Source: Octopus bimaculoides (lineage: Eukaryota). From it: a stretch of 64,000 nucleotides of DNA. The notes under the pieces are model-generated. The model had not been told where the DNA came from and made no database searches. It saw only the letters and a program-made list of their open reading frames with translations. This document shows positions 61,046 through 64,000 of the stretch, piece by piece (within the stretch, counting starts at the first letter, position 1; each line of letters starts with the position of its first letter). The DNA lies in assembly GCF_001194135.2 (NCBI RefSeq), contig NC_069002.1, forward strand, positions 8,186,223 through 8,250,222, read 5' to 3'. The translations under genes were made by a program, and so were the position numbers.

Positions 61046-61789
61046 AGCTTGATTAACCAGGTTTTGCTGAATTGTGAAAAATTGTGAAACATCTACTAAC
61101 GAGACATGGATATATCGTTAGTTCTGTGTAACGATGTGTGAAGAACGTGAGTGTATGTGTACGTGTGTATGTGTGTATGTGTGTGTGTATGTGTATGTTT
61201 ATGCATTCGTGTGTGTATATATGTAAGTATTTGTTTGCGTATGAGTGTATATGTGTATCTATATGTCTGTGCGAGAACATGTGTGCTTTAATGTTTGTAT
61301 GTATGAGTACATAGGCAGGTTGAATGGCAAAAAGAAAATATATCACTGAAAATATATTATCTTCGGTTGTTCTCCCTGAATCTTACCAATATCTATTCCT
61401 CAGATGCTCAGGTAGGCTTTGGGACTGACAAAATCTACAGAGACATCTAAACGACGACAGCAGTGAACAGTTGTGGTCATTGTTTGTGAGACACTTCTTT
61501 CTGTAGCTTGGTTTTTTGAAGGAAATTTAACCTTGGTCAAGTGCTATCAACTTATTCTATTGTGAAGATTATCTCCATTGCCTTTCTTTGGATGAAAAGG
61601 ATAGGCACTCTTCGTCTGCTGTGTCGAAAATGATTATGTTGAATGAGATTGAAAATGCTGAAGAAAAACACCTTTCTCTTTGGTCAAGCCCTCATCAACT
61701 TTAATGCCGCTAAGCATTTTTTCCGCCATGCCAACAGTTCTGCCAGCTCACCAACTTAAAGAAAACATTAATATTATTATTCGTTTCAA

Positions 61790-63060
61790 ATTTTGGCATA
61801 AGGCCCCTAATTGCGGTGAGGGGGTAAGTGCTCAACGGGTACTTATTTTATCGACCCCCGAAAGGATAAAGGGAAAGTCGACCGAGACGAAATAATTTGA
61901 GCTCAGAACGTAAAGACGGACGAAATGCTGCTAAGCATTTTGTCCGGCGTGCCAACAGTTCTGCCAGAAAGCATTAATATTGCTATTAGTTTTAAGCTGG
62001 CGAGTAGGCAGAATTGTTAGCAGACCAGACAAAATGCTTTACGGCATTTCGTCCGGTTTTACGATCTAATGGCACCGTGGTCGAATTTACCGTTTATCAT
62101 TTCAAATGCCGACTAATTCGATTTCGCCTTTCATCCTGTCGCAGTTGATAAAATAAGCACCAGTTTAAGTCTGGGTCGATGTAATCAACTTGCCCTTCCC
62201 CTCAAAATTACTGGCCCTGTGTTTTATTTAGAAAGAGTCTCACTTCTTTTCTCAAGATCATTATCCTCATCATCAATACCCTCATCATCATCATCATCAT
62301 CATCATCACCGCCATCATCATTATAATTTATTTTTTCACTGTTATTTCTATTTTCTCTCAGTCAAAGTTTATCGAAAAATTTACTTTCATCTTCATTTGT
62401 CTTCCATATTCTCACACTCTAATTCATTCTCTACACCTGCTGCATAAAAATTGCTTTACTTTCAGACTAAGAAAAAAAAGAACTTTAATATTCATGGTAT
62501 AAATATAATACGAAATCAAAAAGAACAAAACAACAGCCCCACAACAGAACCAGTGAGAAATGGAATACGAAATTATTAAATTGTTTTACACATCATAGTA
62601 TTCGACTGGACGAAACACATTCGGCTGTCTGTAATGCATAAGGTGTTGTATTAGTTCAAAGCAGCTGTAACACATTTGGTGTTCTTTTAATATGTAACTG
62701 GGTAATTAGGCGGTGAGATGGCAGAGTCGTTAGCATGCTTAGTGGACATTTTGTTCGCTTTTTACGATCTGAGTTCAAATCCCATTGAGGTCGACTTTAC
62801 CTTTTATCATTTCCGTGGTCAATAAAATTATTACTAGTTTAGCACTGGAGTCGATGTAATCGACTTTCGCCCCTCCCTTAAAATGGCTGGCCTTGTGCCA
62901 AAATTTGAAACCTTTAAGGCAGCGAGCTGGCAGAATCTTTAGCACTCCAGGAAAAATATTTAGCAGTTTTCCCGCCCGTTCTGAGTTCAACTGCTGCCAC
63001 GATCGACCTTGCCATTCGTCCTCTCGGCATCGATAAAATAAGTACCCGTTGAGCACTGGT
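61790..63060. mobile_element. Cluster of SINE family 3 copies (-61790-61970, +61998-62225, +62710-62910, +62915-63060)
   Basis: Family 3 heads, cores and tails. Confidence 0.7.
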
Positions 63061-63450
63061 AAAAGAAGTGTTAGGTAAGCTTACCTTCTCGAGTCATACT
63101 GACTCATAAAGGTCGTATATATATATATANNNNNNNNNNNNNNNNNNNNNNNNNNNNNNNNNNNNNNNNNNNNNNNNNNNNNNNNNNNNNNNNNNNNNNN
63201 NNNNNNNNNNNNNNNNNNNNNNNNNNNNNNNNNNNNNNNNNNNNNNNNNNNNNNNNNNNNNNNNNNNNNNNNNNNNNNNNNNNNNNNNNNNNNNNNNNNN
63301 NNNNNNNNNNNNNNNNNNNNNNNNNNNNNNNNNNNNNNNNNNNNNNNNNNNNNNNNNNNNNNNNNNNNNNNNNNNNNNNNNNNNNNNNNNNNNNNNNNNN
63401 NNNNNNNNNNNNNNNNNNNNNNNNNNNNNGTATGTATGTATGTATGTATG

Positions 63451-63481
<31 letters not shown>

Positions 63482-64000
63482 GTATGTATTGACTGTAGGA
63501 CACACCAGCAGTTTCGATTATATCCACGTCAGATAGTTGAAAAGGAATATCGACTACAGCGAAACTTTTTATCACAATACAAACATAAGGGCCAAATCTC
63601 GCATTTGGTTAGGTTTTATGGAAGAATCCGCAAGTTTGGTAACAAGAAAAAAAAAAGAGAAGAAAATAATAATAAATTGTGAAGTCGGAGAGAATGATTT
63701 AAAAAAAAAAGGATCTGACTATAGAAAGTTGTTCAAGAATTGACGTTGATGAGACTTTATGCGTGGAATAAAAGAAATGAGGAGATTAGTTGTCATCAGG
63801 GAATGCCTATAAAGTGAAGAATGGTAAGTAAGGAATTACTGTAAAAATTGCTACCGTGTTGGAACATGTAAAGAATACAGGAATAATTCTGAAAGAACGA
63901 TGTATTGCACTTGAATAATTCAAAAGAAGAAACCTTTGAGAGAACAAAACAGCTACATACACAAAAAAAGACAATCGATACAATACACATACGAGTTCAC

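Noticed and set aside
1-64000. CRISPR arrays, operons, rRNA genes
   Set aside because: Eukaryotic intron-containing DNA; no repeat-spacer array or rRNA-like sequence seen.

Overview
AT-rich, microsatellite-dense, gap-rich eukaryotic DNA. The SINE and microsatellite landscape looks octopod (inference). The window is dominated by a tail-to-tail inverted duplication of an UNC93-like MFS transporter gene (MFSD11 family). Copy A (+) has 13 exons traced by hand from 1992 to 22205, with consistent phases (443 codons), and a probable terminal coding exon near 25734. Copy B (-) has 13 homologous exons from 44929/44914 down to 33968. Homology also covers introns and flanks: about 1-23200 matches about 46920-32240 in reverse complement, around a repeat-filled spacer of about 9 kb. 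Copy A keeps the family motifs as I recall them. Copy B has replaced conserved residues in TM1, TM4, TM10 and TM11, uses a GC-AG intron, shows a 45-nt cluster of A-to-G changes, and has GAA TGG changed to AAA TAA just after TM12. The stop and the A-to-G cluster involve only changes that A-to-I editing could produce or reverse, and the inverted paralog is a potential duplex partner. This is the most interesting hypothesis here, but it is untested. The rest is several tRNA-headed SINE families, a piggyBac-like MITE with a nested SINE, LINE fragments (RLE and APE domains), long hairpins, a degenerate hammerhead-like motif, a minisatellite and microsatellites. I recognised no coding exon in 47-64 kb. 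Several gap-flanking duplicates are probably assembly artefacts. All coordinates, alignments and counts were done by eye; repeat boundaries are approximate.
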